The notes: generated by a model not told the origin, from the letters alone. 63,645 nt of DNA, filler included, from Candidatus Coatesbacteria bacterium (GCA_016927185.1; 7 parts of 7 records of this genome joined end to end with filler, not necessarily neighbours in it); one strand, 5' to 3'; counted from the whole stretch's first letter, positions 39,900-50,163 are shown. Numbers and translations: made by a program.

Positions 39900-40070
39900 T
39901 TAAGTGTAAAGATATAGTCCAGCACAACCGGCATCTTCTTTCCCTCTTCCCAGCATTTCCTCTCTGCAACCTTCATAGTTTTTAGTATAATAGAGATATT
40001 CTTCACAATTGAGTGCAGTCTTTTCTAATACTTGTTCCGAAATTATTTCTGGTTTCTTATAGGGTTTCAT
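39900..40070 (-). CDS. Putative RiPP precursor peptide C (56 aa)
   Basis: MKPYKKPEIISEQVLEKTALNCEEYLYYTKNYEGCREEMLGRGKEDAGCAGLYLYT; GGAGGG RBS. Confidence 0.8.
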   Translation of the reverse strand: MKPYKKPEIISEQVLEKTALNCEEYLYYTKNYEGCREEMLGRGKEDAGCAGLYLYT

Positions 40071-40090
40071 CTTTCCCTCCAAAATATTTA

Positions 40091-40258
40091 TTAACTATAA
40101 ACATCATAACAAAGATCGTAAATTGCTTTTCCCCTTCCCAAATACAAATCTCTGCAACCTTCATAGTTTTGCACATAATAGAAATAATCCTCGCAACTGA
40201 GTGCAACTTTTTCTAATACTTGTTCAGAAATTATTTCTGGTTTTCTATATTGTTTCAT
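40091..40258 (-). CDS. Putative RiPP precursor peptide B (55 aa)
   Basis: MKQYRKPEIISEQVLEKVALSCEDYFYYVQNYEGCRDLYLGRGKAIYDLCYDVYS; AAGGGG RBS. Confidence 0.8.
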   Translation of the reverse strand: MKQYRKPEIISEQVLEKVALSCEDYFYYVQNYEGCRDLYLGRGKAIYDLCYDVYS

Positions 40259-40278
40259 TTCCGCCCCTTTAAAGACAA

Positions 40279-40443
40279 TTAACTCCAACCACTTGCACAA
40301 TTACTATCTACTTTCCCTCTTCCCAAACATTCTTCGCCACATCCTTCATAATATTTAGTATAAAATATAAAATCTTCACAATCAAGTGCTACTTTTTCTA
40401 ATACCTGTTCAGAAATTATTTCTGGTTTCTTATAGGGTTTCAT
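40279..40443 (-). CDS. Putative RiPP precursor peptide A (54 aa)
   Basis: Hand translation MKPYKKPEIISEQVLEKVALDCEDFIFYTKYYEGCGEECLGRGKVDSNCASGWS; GGAGGG RBS; not in ORF track. Confidence 0.8.
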   Translation of the reverse strand: MKPYKKPEIISEQVLEKVALDCEDFIFYTKYYEGCGEECLGRGKVDSNCASGWS

Positions 40444-40493
40444 CTTTCCCTCCATTCTAACTATTACTCTCTAAATAGATTGTTTTGATGCTC

Positions 40494-40521
40494 ATTATTT
40501 CATTCTATAAATTATAGTCAA
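40494..40521 (-). promoter_or_regulatory. Candidate sigma70 promoter for the peptide operon
   Basis: TTGACT-N16-AATAAT with a TG extended -10, about 50 nt upstream of peptide A. Confidence 0.45.
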
Positions 40522-40608
40522 TAGACATTATCAAGTATCTGGCATATTTTAAGATTACAAAAAGCAATCTCTTTTTCATGGGAATCTTTTTATTTATCAC
40601 TCGGTACT

Positions 40609-41643
40609 TCATTTTTCATAATTATCCTTGTAGCTATAAGTGCTTATTGCATAAAGATATTTGCCGCTGATAACAAATACAATCCCCTCAGAAACACAAG
40701 GAGATGATACAAAATTTTGATCCGTCAAGAATTTCCATTTAAGAGTACCATCCAGGCAGTTTACTGCATAGAGATATTTTTCTCGACTTCCAGTATAAAC
40801 TACTCCATCTGAAACACAAGGGTAATAAGAATAAGGATTAATATATACTTTATAACTCCATTTACGAGCTCCATTAGAACTGTTTAATGCATTAAGACTA
40901 TCTTCACTTCCAACATATATAACTCCTTCTGATATGCATGGGGAAAGGATAATGGCTGTTGACATTCCAGTTATCCATTTTATTGATCCATCTGAAGTAT
41001 TTATAGCATATACTTGTCCATAACCACCAATATATAAAACTCCATTTGAAACACAAGGGGAAGACACAACAGAATCCCCTATCCAGAATCTCCATTTGAG
41101 TGTTCCATCCTTGCAATTTATTGCATAAAGATAATTATCATTACTTCTGGCAAAAACAACTCCTTCTGAAACACAAAGAGAAGAGTAAATAAATGAGCCT
41201 GTTTTAAAACTCCATTTAAGTTTTCCATCTGAACAGCTTATTGCATAAAGAAAATGATCACAACTACCAACATAAACGATATCATCTGAAACGCTTGGAG
41301 ATTGAACTTCACCACCTGTACAATACTTCCATTTGATGATACCATTTGAACTGTTTATTGCATAGAGGCATTTATCATTACTTCCAGAATAAACAACTCC
41401 ATTAGAGATGCAAGGGGTAGAAAAAAGTCTAGCACCAGTTTCACATCTCCATTTTGAAGCTCCATCAGAACAGGTTATAGCATATAGATAATTATCCCTG
41501 CTTCCTATATAAACAACTCCATCGGAGACACAAGGGTAAGTACAAAATCCTCTTTTATTTTCGTGTTTCCATATCAAATCACCAGGAACTGGAAATAAAC
41601 CTGAAGATGATAGCAGAATTATTATAGATAAAAAATATCTCAT
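40609..41643 (-). CDS. Secreted PQQ-like beta-propeller repeat protein without C-terminal sorting domain
   Basis: Signal peptide + VPGDLIW; 40-aa PCVSDGVVY.GS repeats. Confidence 0.85.
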   Translation of the reverse strand: MRYFLSIIILLSSSGLFPVPGDLIWKHENKRGFCTYPCVSDGVVYIGSRDNYLYAITCSDGASKWRCETGARLFSTPCISNGVVYSGSNDKCLYAINSSNGIIKWKYCTGGEVQSPSVSDDIVYVGSCDHFLYAISCSDGKLKWSFKTGSFIYSSLCVSEGVVFARSNDNYLYAINCKDGTLKWRFWIGDSVVSSPCVSNGVLYIGGYGQVYAINTSDGSIKWITGMSTAIILSPCISEGVIYVGSEDSLNALNSSNGARKWSYKVYINPYSYYPCVSDGVVYTGSREKYLYAVNCLDGTLKWKFLTDQNFVSSPCVSEGIVFVISGKYLYAISTYSYKDNYEK

Positions 41644-41750
41644 AAAATTCCCATTCCAGAATACAGGATTCATTTTATTATTCAATAATGTCGTTTATTG
41701 GCAACCTCTATCCCCTACTCTATTTTTTAGGGATTTAACAATAGTTGAAA

Positions 41751-43061
41751 TTAGTCCAGCTTTACTATTTTTCTAGTTTCAGCTCCTGCCTTTATTATAT
41801 AAGTTCCTGTCTGCCATTTACTTGTATTAATAGTATGTCTGCCTTTATCATATCTGGCTATCAGTTTTCCTGATAAATAATATATTTCAGATTTCTCTTT
41901 AATCTCTATTATAAGAGAATTTCTGAAAGGATTATTGGCTATTATATCAGGTTTTTTTGCTGGCAACTTGCTTGTTTTATTTTCCTTGAAACCTATATCC
42001 GCTCCTATTTCAATTGCATAAAAGTTTCCACCATAATCCGCAACAAAAACCTTATTGTCATCAGCAAAGGACTTGTTATTTATATCGTTTTCTGTTTCAA
42101 ATAACCAGATAAGGTTACCGTTTTCAGCATCAAGTGTATAAAGATGATTACCACTTCCAAATATTACTAAATTATTGTAAGTAATTGGACTTCCATTTAT
42201 TGCATGTTCTGTTTCGTACTTCCAGATAAAACTGCCATCAAGTGCATTCAGTGCATAAAAATTGAAATCATAGCTCCCCACATATACAGTGTTATCCTTT
42301 ACACATGATCCTTCACTGATTTCACGTCCGGTTTTATATTTCCATACAAGATCTCCATTTGTTGAATTCACTGCATAGAATTCTCCTGCAATATCTCCTG
42401 AATAAATCATATTATCTGACACGCAGATAGGAGAGGAACATCAGTGTCGGTATTTCCAGATTATATCTCCAGTATCATATTTGAGCGAATACATATTTTC
42501 AAACTCTGCATTGAAGAATACAGCTTTTTTTCCTACAGATGGAGTTCTACGTATAATTCTTTCAGCCCAGAATTTCCATATATAATCTCCGTTTAATGCA
42601 TTTATTGAATACAGATAATATATATCGTCAGGATCATAGAATCCGAAAAAAACCTGATTATTATAAACGCAGGGGCCTGTAAAAAAGTCAGCGTTGCATT
42701 CATAAGTCCAATTGCATTTTCCATTATAAGGATTTAAGCAATGGATATAACTTCTGCTTGCGCTAATACTGGAAGCACTAACATAGATGTTTCCATAAGC
42801 CTGTACTATTTCATATACGGCAATCCCCTGCAAATCAAACTTCCATATCTCAGTTCCATTTTCTGCATTCAGTGCATATATAGTCCCTGATGTGCGTGAA
42901 TTGTTTCCATTTCCGAAATATGCAATATTATTGTAATAAAATGGATATGCCCAGGCATATCCATTTGAATTGTATTCCCAGATTTTTTCACCTGGTGCTG
43001 AAGCTAGTGAAGAAAAAAGAAGAAAAATCAGCAAGCCAACAGAACAAGATGAGATTTTCAT
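41751..43061 (-). CDS. PQQ-like beta-propeller with sorting-type C-terminal domain, interrupted by one in-frame TGA (candidate selenoprotein or nonsense pseudogene)
   Basis: Track ORFs 42441..43103 and 41751..42422 are in the same frame; junction reads WKYRH-TGA-CSSPICVSDNM. Confidence 0.75.
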
Positions 43062-43233
43062 ATTGAATACCACCTTACTATAATTCTTGTTTTCTAATTT
43101 CACTAGAAGAAACTAAGAAAAAATGTCAAGCTTTTTCATATGTAAAACTAAAATATTTGTCTTTTATTAAAACTAAGTTTGATAAATACTATTTGACAAT
43201 ATATTAGTCATATCTGCCTGAACTAACAATATC

Positions 43234-44191
43234 ATGCTTAAATTGGATTATTTGACTGACAGGCAATACATACTTAATCTTCTGACAGGCTTACTACTTT
43301 TAGTCTGCTATTTCTTGATGTCTGCTCCAAGTGTTACTTTCGAGGATTCAGGTACGCTAATAACAGCTGTAGTCTCATTAGGTGTTTCTCATCAACCAGG
43401 CTATCCTTTATGGACAGAGCTTACCAGAATTTTATCTAGCATAATACCAGGGGACATTGCATCCAGCATCAACAGGACTTCAGGTTTGCTTTTTGCAGTG
43501 GCATTTATAATCTTTGCATTCATACTTGATGAATATAAAGTAAAAGCATTTTACAAAGTTATATTTACAATACTTGCTGGATTACTTCCTGCATTTCTTT
43601 CACAGGCAATTATTGCTGAAGTATACGGCTTCAATCTGCTTCTGATGACATCATGCTGGTATTCTGCAATAAAAAGCAGACAAGAAACAAGATGGTTATA
43701 CCTGTTTGCATATATTACTGGAATATCTATTTCCCATCATTATGCGTTACTGCCTTTGATAATTCCCTTGATATATTTCAATTACCGCAAGTTTATATCC
43801 AGCAAACAGAAATTAATAATACCACTCTCATTCATGTTCATGATAATCGGCTCCAGTACATATATTCTTCTTTTATTTCACTTCAGGAATAAAGCAGGTT
43901 TTGATATCATTCAAATTAAAAGTATCTCAGGACTTTTGAAGTATTATTTCATGTTCTCATATTCAAATGAATCACAACCTTTTATACAGAAATTCTTGAA
44001 CCTGAGTTTGTATTTCCTGAAAAAGAATATATTTGCCCTCCCCTATTATCTACTGATGCTCCTGGGGTTTACTGGAATGCTTTTCAGAATCTATAAGTTA
44101 ATAAAAGACAAGGAATTATTTGAATTATCCTTCTGGATTGCCTTTTCCATTATCTCTTATTTGGGAATGGCATACTCACTGAATTCATATA
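43234..44191 (+). CDS. DUF2723 / TMEM260-like GT-C membrane glycosyltransferase (3'-truncated)
   Basis: APSVTFEDSGTLI, LGVSHQPGYPLW, SQAIIAEVY, SHH. Confidence 0.82.
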
Positions 44192-44291
44192 NNNNNNNNN
44201 NNNNNNNNNNNNNNNNNNNNNNNNNNNNNNNNNNNTTAATTAATTAANNNNNNNNNNNNNNNNNNNNNNNNNNNNNNNNNNNNNNNNNNNN
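44192..44291. other. Artificial contig linker
   Basis: N-run/TTAATTAATTAA/N-run. Confidence 0.98.
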
Positions 44292-44293
44292 AT

Positions 44294-44530
44294 AACAAGA
44301 AGACTTCCTCTCTTCCCTCCCCCTCCCTCTCTATTTCTCCTAACCCCTTCTCTTCCCGCTTGTCAGTTACTCTGCCTTCCTCAGGAGCAATCTATTCCCT
44401 GACTGGTCAATTGATTATGAAACTAGATAAAGGCAAACATACAATTGATACTAGCAGCTGGAGAGAGGGAGTTTATATAGTGAAGTCAGGGAAAGAAACC
44501 AAGAGGATAGTGAAGATAAATCAGTCTTAA
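44294..44530 (+). CDS. 3' end of a secreted protein: C-terminal sorting-type domain (5'-truncated)
   Basis: Hand translation NKKTSSLPSPSLSISPNPFSSRLSVTLPSSGAIYSLTGQLIMKLDKGKHTIDTSSWREGVYIVKSGKETKRIVKINQS*, highly similar to the tails of 57839 and 59439. Confidence 0.85.
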   Translation, partial: NKKTSSLPSPSLSISPNPFSSRLSVTLPSSGAIYSLTGQLIMKLDKGKHTIDTSSWREGVYIVKSGKETKRIVKINQS

Positions 44531-44638
44531 TTTCCAATAGAAAAAGCTTTTAAATAAAGCCTTTTCTCTAATGGTCATGCTTTTTTCTTGACCTGAAATC
44601 GCTCTTATTATTCTTTTACAAATCTCATAATTACCGAT

Positions 44639-44705
44639 GCCCTCATCCATCTAGATTATGGTTTTCTCTTTCATATCAAATAATCAGTCTGGATGAGGGC
44701 TTTTT
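44639..44705 (+). terminator. Long hairpin with U-tract (terminator-like)
   Basis: GCCCTCATCCA...TGGATGAGGGC-TTTTT, 11-bp perfect outer stem. Confidence 0.5.
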
Positions 44706-45046
44706 CTTGATAAACAGCTCCAAAAAATCTTTAACCTCAACCCGTAATTCTGATTCCCTCTCCTTCGAGGAAAAAAGCAAGGAGTTAGGTGCTTCTACTG
44801 CCTCTCCTAAAAGCGGGATAATATGAAAGTAAACTTAGACAGAGCTAGCTTATTGTTTTAATCAAATAACTATAAATTGGACTTTAAACAAGACAAGTTT
44901 TCAGAAGAGATATTTATAACGAAGTGTTGATCTAAGATACGAAATCTTAAAATAATATTAGTTAGCTGAATTGGAAATAAAATCTTGACATAAAAGCGAT
45001 TTGTAAAAGTGGAACACAAGGATTGTAACAGGGATAAGGGATTGAA

Positions 45047-46312
45047 ATGCTAGATATAAAACTGATAAGAGAAAATCCTGAGATAGTCAGGAATGCAATA
45101 AAAAGAAAACATACTAATGTTGATCTGGAAATGATATTAGAACTTGATAAAAACAAGCGTGAACTTCAAACAAGAATAGAGAAAGCAAGATCAGACAGGA
45201 ACAAACTTTCAAAGGAAATTACAAAAGCATCTGTTGAAGAAAAAGCTTCAATAATATCTGAAGTAGAGAAGATCAAGGAATTCCTGAAGGAAGCTGAGCC
45301 GAGATTTAATGATATGGAAAAGGAATTGAATTATCAGCTTCTTTTGCTACCCGGAATTCCGCATGAAACAGTTCCAGACGGGAATAGTGATGAAGATAGC
45401 ATAGAGATAAAGAGGGTAGGGGATATTCCGGAATTCGATTTTGAGATAAAAGATCATCTCGAAATAGGAAAAAGCTGGTTTGATTTTTACAGGGGAGCCA
45501 AAGTTGCTGGCTCTAGAACCGTATATCTCAAGGGAATTGGAGCTCTTCTTGAACAAGCAGTATTGCAATTAGCACTCAATCATCTTCTGGAAAAAGGATT
45601 TACATTATTTTCTGTGCCACAGATGGTTAAGGAAATGGCAATGGAGGGAACCGGCTTTCTCCCAAGAGGACAGGAAGAATGTTATTTCCTGGAGAGAGAT
45701 GAAAGATATCTGATTGGGACATCAGAAGTTCCTTTAGTTTCTTACCATGCTGATGAAATCTTCTCTGCAAAGGAACTTCCTAAAAAATACGCTGGATTTT
45801 CAACCTGTTATAGAAGAGAGGCAGGTGCAGCAGGAAAAGATACAAAAGGATTATATAGAATTCATCAGTTCCAGAAGATAGAACAGGTTGTTTTCTGCAT
45901 TAACGACTTAGAAGAATCCAAGAAATGGCATTACGAGCTTTTGAATAATGCAGAAGAGATACTTCAATTGCTTGAACTGCCATATAGAGTAGTGATAGTT
46001 TGTGCTGGGGAAATGGGTTTGCCACAGCATTTCAAGCATGATATCGAATGCTATATGCCTGGCAGAAAAAACTACGGCGAAACAATGAGCTGTTCAACTA
46101 TGCATGATTTCCAGGCAAGAAGACTTAATATAAAGTATAGAGAAGGAACTGATTTGAAATATTGTCATACTCTGAATAATACTGCTATTGCCACTCCAAG
46201 AATATTGATTCCACTCATTGAAATTCATCAACAAAAAGATGGATCAATTTATTTACCCAGAGCTCTGCGCAAGTATATGAACAACAGGGAGAAGATTGAG
46301 AGAGAAGATTGA
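45047..46312 (+). CDS. serS: Seryl-tRNA synthetase
   Basis: MLDIKLIRENPE, GTSEVPL, YRREAG, GLYRIHQFQKIE, HTLNNTAIATPR. Confidence 0.97.
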   Translation: MLDIKLIRENPEIVRNAIKRKHTNVDLEMILELDKNKRELQTRIEKARSDRNKLSKEITKASVEEKASIISEVEKIKEFLKEAEPRFNDMEKELNYQLLLLPGIPHETVPDGNSDEDSIEIKRVGDIPEFDFEIKDHLEIGKSWFDFYRGAKVAGSRTVYLKGIGALLEQAVLQLALNHLLEKGFTLFSVPQMVKEMAMEGTGFLPRGQEECYFLERDERYLIGTSEVPLVSYHADEIFSAKELPKKYAGFSTCYRREAGAAGKDTKGLYRIHQFQKIEQVVFCINDLEESKKWHYELLNNAEEILQLLELPYRVVIVCAGEMGLPQHFKHDIECYMPGRKNYGETMSCSTMHDFQARRLNIKYREGTDLKYCHTLNNTAIATPRILIPLIEIHQQKDGSIYLPRALRKYMNNREKIERED

Positions 46313-46331
46313 AGGAGTAATAATCAGGAAT

Positions 46332-47206
46332 TCATATCCCATTTTTGAAATAGAACTCCAGTCCTTCATCAATAGATTCTTCCTTTAGTCCAAATGTATT
46401 ATTTGCTTTTAATGAAGATAATGACAAATCCATTGGATAGAGACGTGAAACTGGGAGTTTTTTCAAGACGACAGGAATTATTAGTGATTTATCTGCACCC
46501 ATATATTCAGCTATTTTTAAATTCATGTCATATCTAGAAATTCTTGTTCCTCCAGATAAATGGAAAAGTCCATATTTATTGGATTGCCAGATAGTGATAA
46601 TATTAGAAATAAGAGATTTCAGGGAAATCGGAGTTCTATACTGATCTATATAGCTTTCTATCTCATTTCCAGATTTGAGATTTTCAACTGTTTTTTCAAA
46701 AAAGTTCTTATTGGCACTTGAAGAAAAGCCGTAAACTAAAGCTATTCTAAGAACAATCCCTTTTTTATAAGACAAAACTGTTTTTTCAGCCTGCAATTTG
46801 GTAAAACCATAGTAATTGACAGGATGAGGGATTGCTTCCTCTTTGTAGACAGGATTATTCCCAGAAAAAACCATATCAGTTGATAAGAAAATGAATGGTA
46901 TGTTTATTTTCCTTGCAATTTCTACCAGATCTATTGTTGATTTGATGTTTAAAACTTCAGCAATATCTTTTTTTTTTCTGCTTCCAAAACATTGCTTATA
47001 GCAGCAAAATGCATAATAGCTGATGGATTGTGACTTTCAATAGCTTCCATGAGATCATTTCTTGTAACATCTATTTTCATGAATTTATCGCTATTCACGA
47101 ATTGCCTTGAATTATAATAAATTCCCCTGTAATCAATATGCTTTTTTTCAAGTTCTGAAACAAGGGATGCTCCTATGTAACCACTTGCTCCTGTTACTAT
47201 AAGCAT
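46332..47206 (-). pseudogene. RmlD-like dTDP-4-dehydrorhamnose reductase/SDR, frameshifted at an A10 tract
   Basis: VTGASGYIG and HFAA in the first frame; FLSTDMVFSG, PVNYYGFTK, DQYRTP in the second frame; shift at 46968..46977. Confidence 0.8.
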
Positions 47207-47207
47207 C

Positions 47208-48935
47208 TCAATCAGAAGGTCCTTTTTTATCGATATCCTTGTTTTTCACAAGAAAGTCTCCTATTGCAAGATAGTCAAGATGTCCCATATGAAATGATCT
47301 CAGGGCATCTTCAGGTGTACAGACTATTGGTTCTTCATGCATATTAAAAGAAGTATTTACAAGGCTTGGGGTTCCAGTTTTCTTGTAAAATTCCTTGATA
47401 ATATTATAAACGGGAGGGTTATCAGTTTCCTCTATAAGTTGAGGTCTTGCGGTTTCATCAACATGTACAACCCCAGGACTCACTTTTTTCATGAAATCAG
47501 TGCATTTGAAAGTTATTGTCATGAATTTGGCAGCATATTCAGCTCCTTTTATGTCTTCATAACAATCATATGCTTTTTCATGAAGAGTAATCGGGGCAAA
47601 TGGCATATATTCAGTTCTGTTAAGTCTCTTGTTCAGCCAGTCATTCGCAGAAGGATCGTCACTCCTGAAGAAAATAGTCCTGTTGCCTAATGCTCTAGGT
47701 CCATATTCCATTCTTCCGTTGAATCTTGCGATAACAAATCCTTCTGCAACAATATCAGAGATAATCCCGGGAGGATCTTTCATTTCAACGAAATCTACAT
47801 TCTCTTTCTTCAGTAATTCAAGGATTTTGTCATTTGTGTATTCAGGTCCAAGATAGACATTATCCAGTTTTCGCGGTTTTATGTTCAGTTCTTTTCCAAG
47901 GTGGTATTGAACACCTCCAAATGATAAGCCTTCATCTCCCATAGCTGGCTGGATGAATATTTCACTGAATCCCATTTCTTTTATTTTCTGGTTAAGTTTT
48001 ACATTAGTTACAACTCCTCCTGCAAGAGCAATTCTTGAGCCTTTTATTACTGGAATATTCTTTCTTATTATTTCAAAAACAGTTTCTTCAGTAAGTGTCT
48101 GGATTGCCCAGGCTAATTCCTTGATTGAGAATTTTCCGAAACGTTCTTCCCTGATACGTTTCATTTCTTTCTTTCCTTCTGGATCATAAATAAGGTAATC
48201 ATTATAATTAAGATAGTCACCTTTATATTTTGTTTTCCAGACTTGATTCCAGAAGCTCCTTAAGGATTCCAGTGCCTCCTCATTTACTGCATTATGACCA
48301 GCAAGTCCTGTAAGCTTTCCAGGATGTCTTCCTCCATGCAGTCCTACAAGTGAAGTTGTTAACATATAATTTCTTCCTATAGGCAGCTCATTGAAATAAT
48401 AGCCTTTATATAACTCAAGTGAAGAACCTTTTCCCTTGAAGAAAGTTGTTGAATAACCATCATCACCCTGTCCATCCAGGGATAGCACCCATGCATCCTG
48501 AAAACCGCTGCTATAATATGCACTCCCGGCATGAGCATGATGATGCGGTATACTGAAGGTTTTTTTTGCCTTCAGGTTTATATGGGATTCTTTCTTGAAA
48601 CCTGCTTCAAGTATTCTTCCTCCCTTGACTCTTGTGAAATAATGTTTAAGTATATGAGGAATATTTACAGCACCTAGTCCCTTGATTTTAGCATTTACTA
48701 TGAACTGAAAATCTCTCATTACTTTTGCAAATCTGTCCATCCTTATTGCTATAAGTGCTTCAATATCATTTCCATATTTATCTGATATATATTCAAGAGA
48801 CTCAGCAGGAAAAGCAAAAGAATCTTTGTCTCTTGTAAGGCGTCCATTATTTATTGCAAAGATTACCTGACCTTCCTCATCAAAGAGAGAGACATTACTG
48901 TCATGTCCAGGGAAAACTCCAAGATAAAGTTTCAT
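47208..48935 (-). CDS. Carbamoyltransferase, CmcH/NodU family
   Basis: GHDS, HHHAHAGSAYY, LDGQGD, GKLTGLA, AGGVVTNVKLN, PAMGDEG, GPRALGNR, NTSFNMHEEPIV. Confidence 0.92.
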   Translation of the reverse strand: MKLYLGVFPGHDSNVSLFDEEGQVIFAINNGRLTRDKDSFAFPAESLEYISDKYGNDIEALIAIRMDRFAKVMRDFQFIVNAKIKGLGAVNIPHILKHYFTRVKGGRILEAGFKKESHINLKAKKTFSIPHHHAHAGSAYYSSGFQDAWVLSLDGQGDDGYSTTFFKGKGSSLELYKGYYFNELPIGRNYMLTTSLVGLHGGRHPGKLTGLAGHNAVNEEALESLRSFWNQVWKTKYKGDYLNYNDYLIYDPEGKKEMKRIREERFGKFSIKELAWAIQTLTEETVFEIIRKNIPVIKGSRIALAGGVVTNVKLNQKIKEMGFSEIFIQPAMGDEGLSFGGVQYHLGKELNIKPRKLDNVYLGPEYTNDKILELLKKENVDFVEMKDPPGIISDIVAEGFVIARFNGRMEYGPRALGNRTIFFRSDDPSANDWLNKRLNRTEYMPFAPITLHEKAYDCYEDIKGAEYAAKFMTITFKCTDFMKKVSPGVVHVDETARPQLIEETDNPPVYNIIKEFYKKTGTPSLVNTSFNMHEEPIVCTPEDALRSFHMGHLDYLAIGDFLVKNKDIDKKGPSD

Positions 48936-49166
48936 AAATTTCTCTTAAATCTCCTAATGTACTTGCCAGTTGTCTATATGCATGAATAAGGTCAAGTGAA
49001 TTGTAAATAGATTCAATAATGCTTTAATGAACGAGATATCAGTGTTATAAAGGTAATTTAATTATTATCATAAGATTATGCAAACAGGAATCAAGTTTTC
49101 ACTTGACAGTTTTCTTTATATATATCTTCAAAACTAATAAAATTAAGAGGAGAAAGGAGATATCAT

Positions 49167-50120
49167 ATGTTCAAGAGGATTTTGTGCATAATGCTTATAT
49201 TAATTATAGGCATTACATTTGGCTGTTTTGGAAAAAAGGCTGAAGAAAAGAAAGATGTAAAAGATATCAAGGCAAAAGTCGCTGAATATGCTGATCCAAT
49301 AAAAGGTGCTGATAACAAGGCACGAGATGCAGCAAAAGAAAAGCTAGGGGCATTAGCAAAATTGAAGAATCCTGAAGATCTTTCATTATTTCAGGAACTT
49401 GCAAAAGACGGCAGCAAGGATGTAAGAGCTGCTCTTATGTCAGCTTTAGCTGGAGCTCCTGATGGGGCAGGATACTGGGAGATATTCGAAAAATTCATTG
49501 ATAGCAAGGACAAAGATGATTACAGGAATGCCTGCTGGTATACTGATGGTTTCGGAAGAAATGATGCAACAAAATCTAAAGTGGAAGCTGCATGGGAAAA
49601 GGCTTTCAAATCAAATACTGAAGAGGAAGCAAAGAGGAATGCACTTACAGGATTAAGAAGAGTTGGCAGTCCAGCTGCAATTATGAAATTGCAGGCATTC
49701 TCGATTGATGATCCAGAAGCATCACCAGGTATTGTTGCAACTGGCATTGATGAATTGGTATGGATAAGGAAACTTAATAAATCCAGATTGGAAGAGTTCA
49801 TGCCAAAGGAAAATCCCAAAACCAAGAAACCCAATCATCCTTATGTTAGAGCTATGGCTATTTACAGATACGGCAGTTTAAAGACAAAAGACAAGGCAAT
49901 TGCCAAAGAATTAGTCAAGTATCTTGATGATATGAGTGAAGCAAAGTATAAGGGTGATACTGCATGGGGTGGAGGTTTTGTAGCAGGCTCTGCCATTCGT
50001 GCCTTGGAAGCTTGTTGTGGACATGATGCAGTTAAATCAGCTAATAGAAACATCTTCAATGAGAAGGATGTAAAAGCACTTGCAAAAGAATGGAAGGCTT
50101 ACGTAGCTAAGATGAAATAA
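49167..50120 (+). CDS. HEAT-like repeat lipoprotein
   Basis: Lipobox TFGC; helical repeats such as KDVRAALMSALA; AGGAG RBS. Confidence 0.6.
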   Translation: MFKRILCIMLILIIGITFGCFGKKAEEKKDVKDIKAKVAEYADPIKGADNKARDAAKEKLGALAKLKNPEDLSLFQELAKDGSKDVRAALMSALAGAPDGAGYWEIFEKFIDSKDKDDYRNACWYTDGFGRNDATKSKVEAAWEKAFKSNTEEEAKRNALTGLRRVGSPAAIMKLQAFSIDDPEASPGIVATGIDELVWIRKLNKSRLEEFMPKENPKTKKPNHPYVRAMAIYRYGSLKTKDKAIAKELVKYLDDMSEAKYKGDTAWGGGFVAGSAIRALEACCGHDAVKSANRNIFNEKDVKALAKEWKAYVAKMK

Positions 50121-50127
50121 ATCTATG

Positions 50128-50163
50128 ATAGCACCTTAGAAAATCTAGGGTGCTATTTTTTTT
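50128..50163 (+). terminator. Intrinsic terminator overlapping the hisS stop codon
   Basis: ATAGCACCTTAGA-AAA-TCTAGGGTGCTAT followed by a T-tract. Confidence 0.7.

Noticed and set aside
39718-39969. Track ORF MQRGNAGK...
   Set aside because: Out-of-frame overlap of peptide C and the P-loop kinase, both of which have better support.
42441-42443. Genome-wide TGA reassignment
   Set aside because: Other genes such as recD2 and serS end normally at TGA, and long genes have no internal TGA.
44700-45046. T-box or SAM riboswitch upstream of serS
   Set aside because: Only short partial matches (AAGTGGAACAC; TTATCAAGA on the minus strand) without the required surrounding structure.
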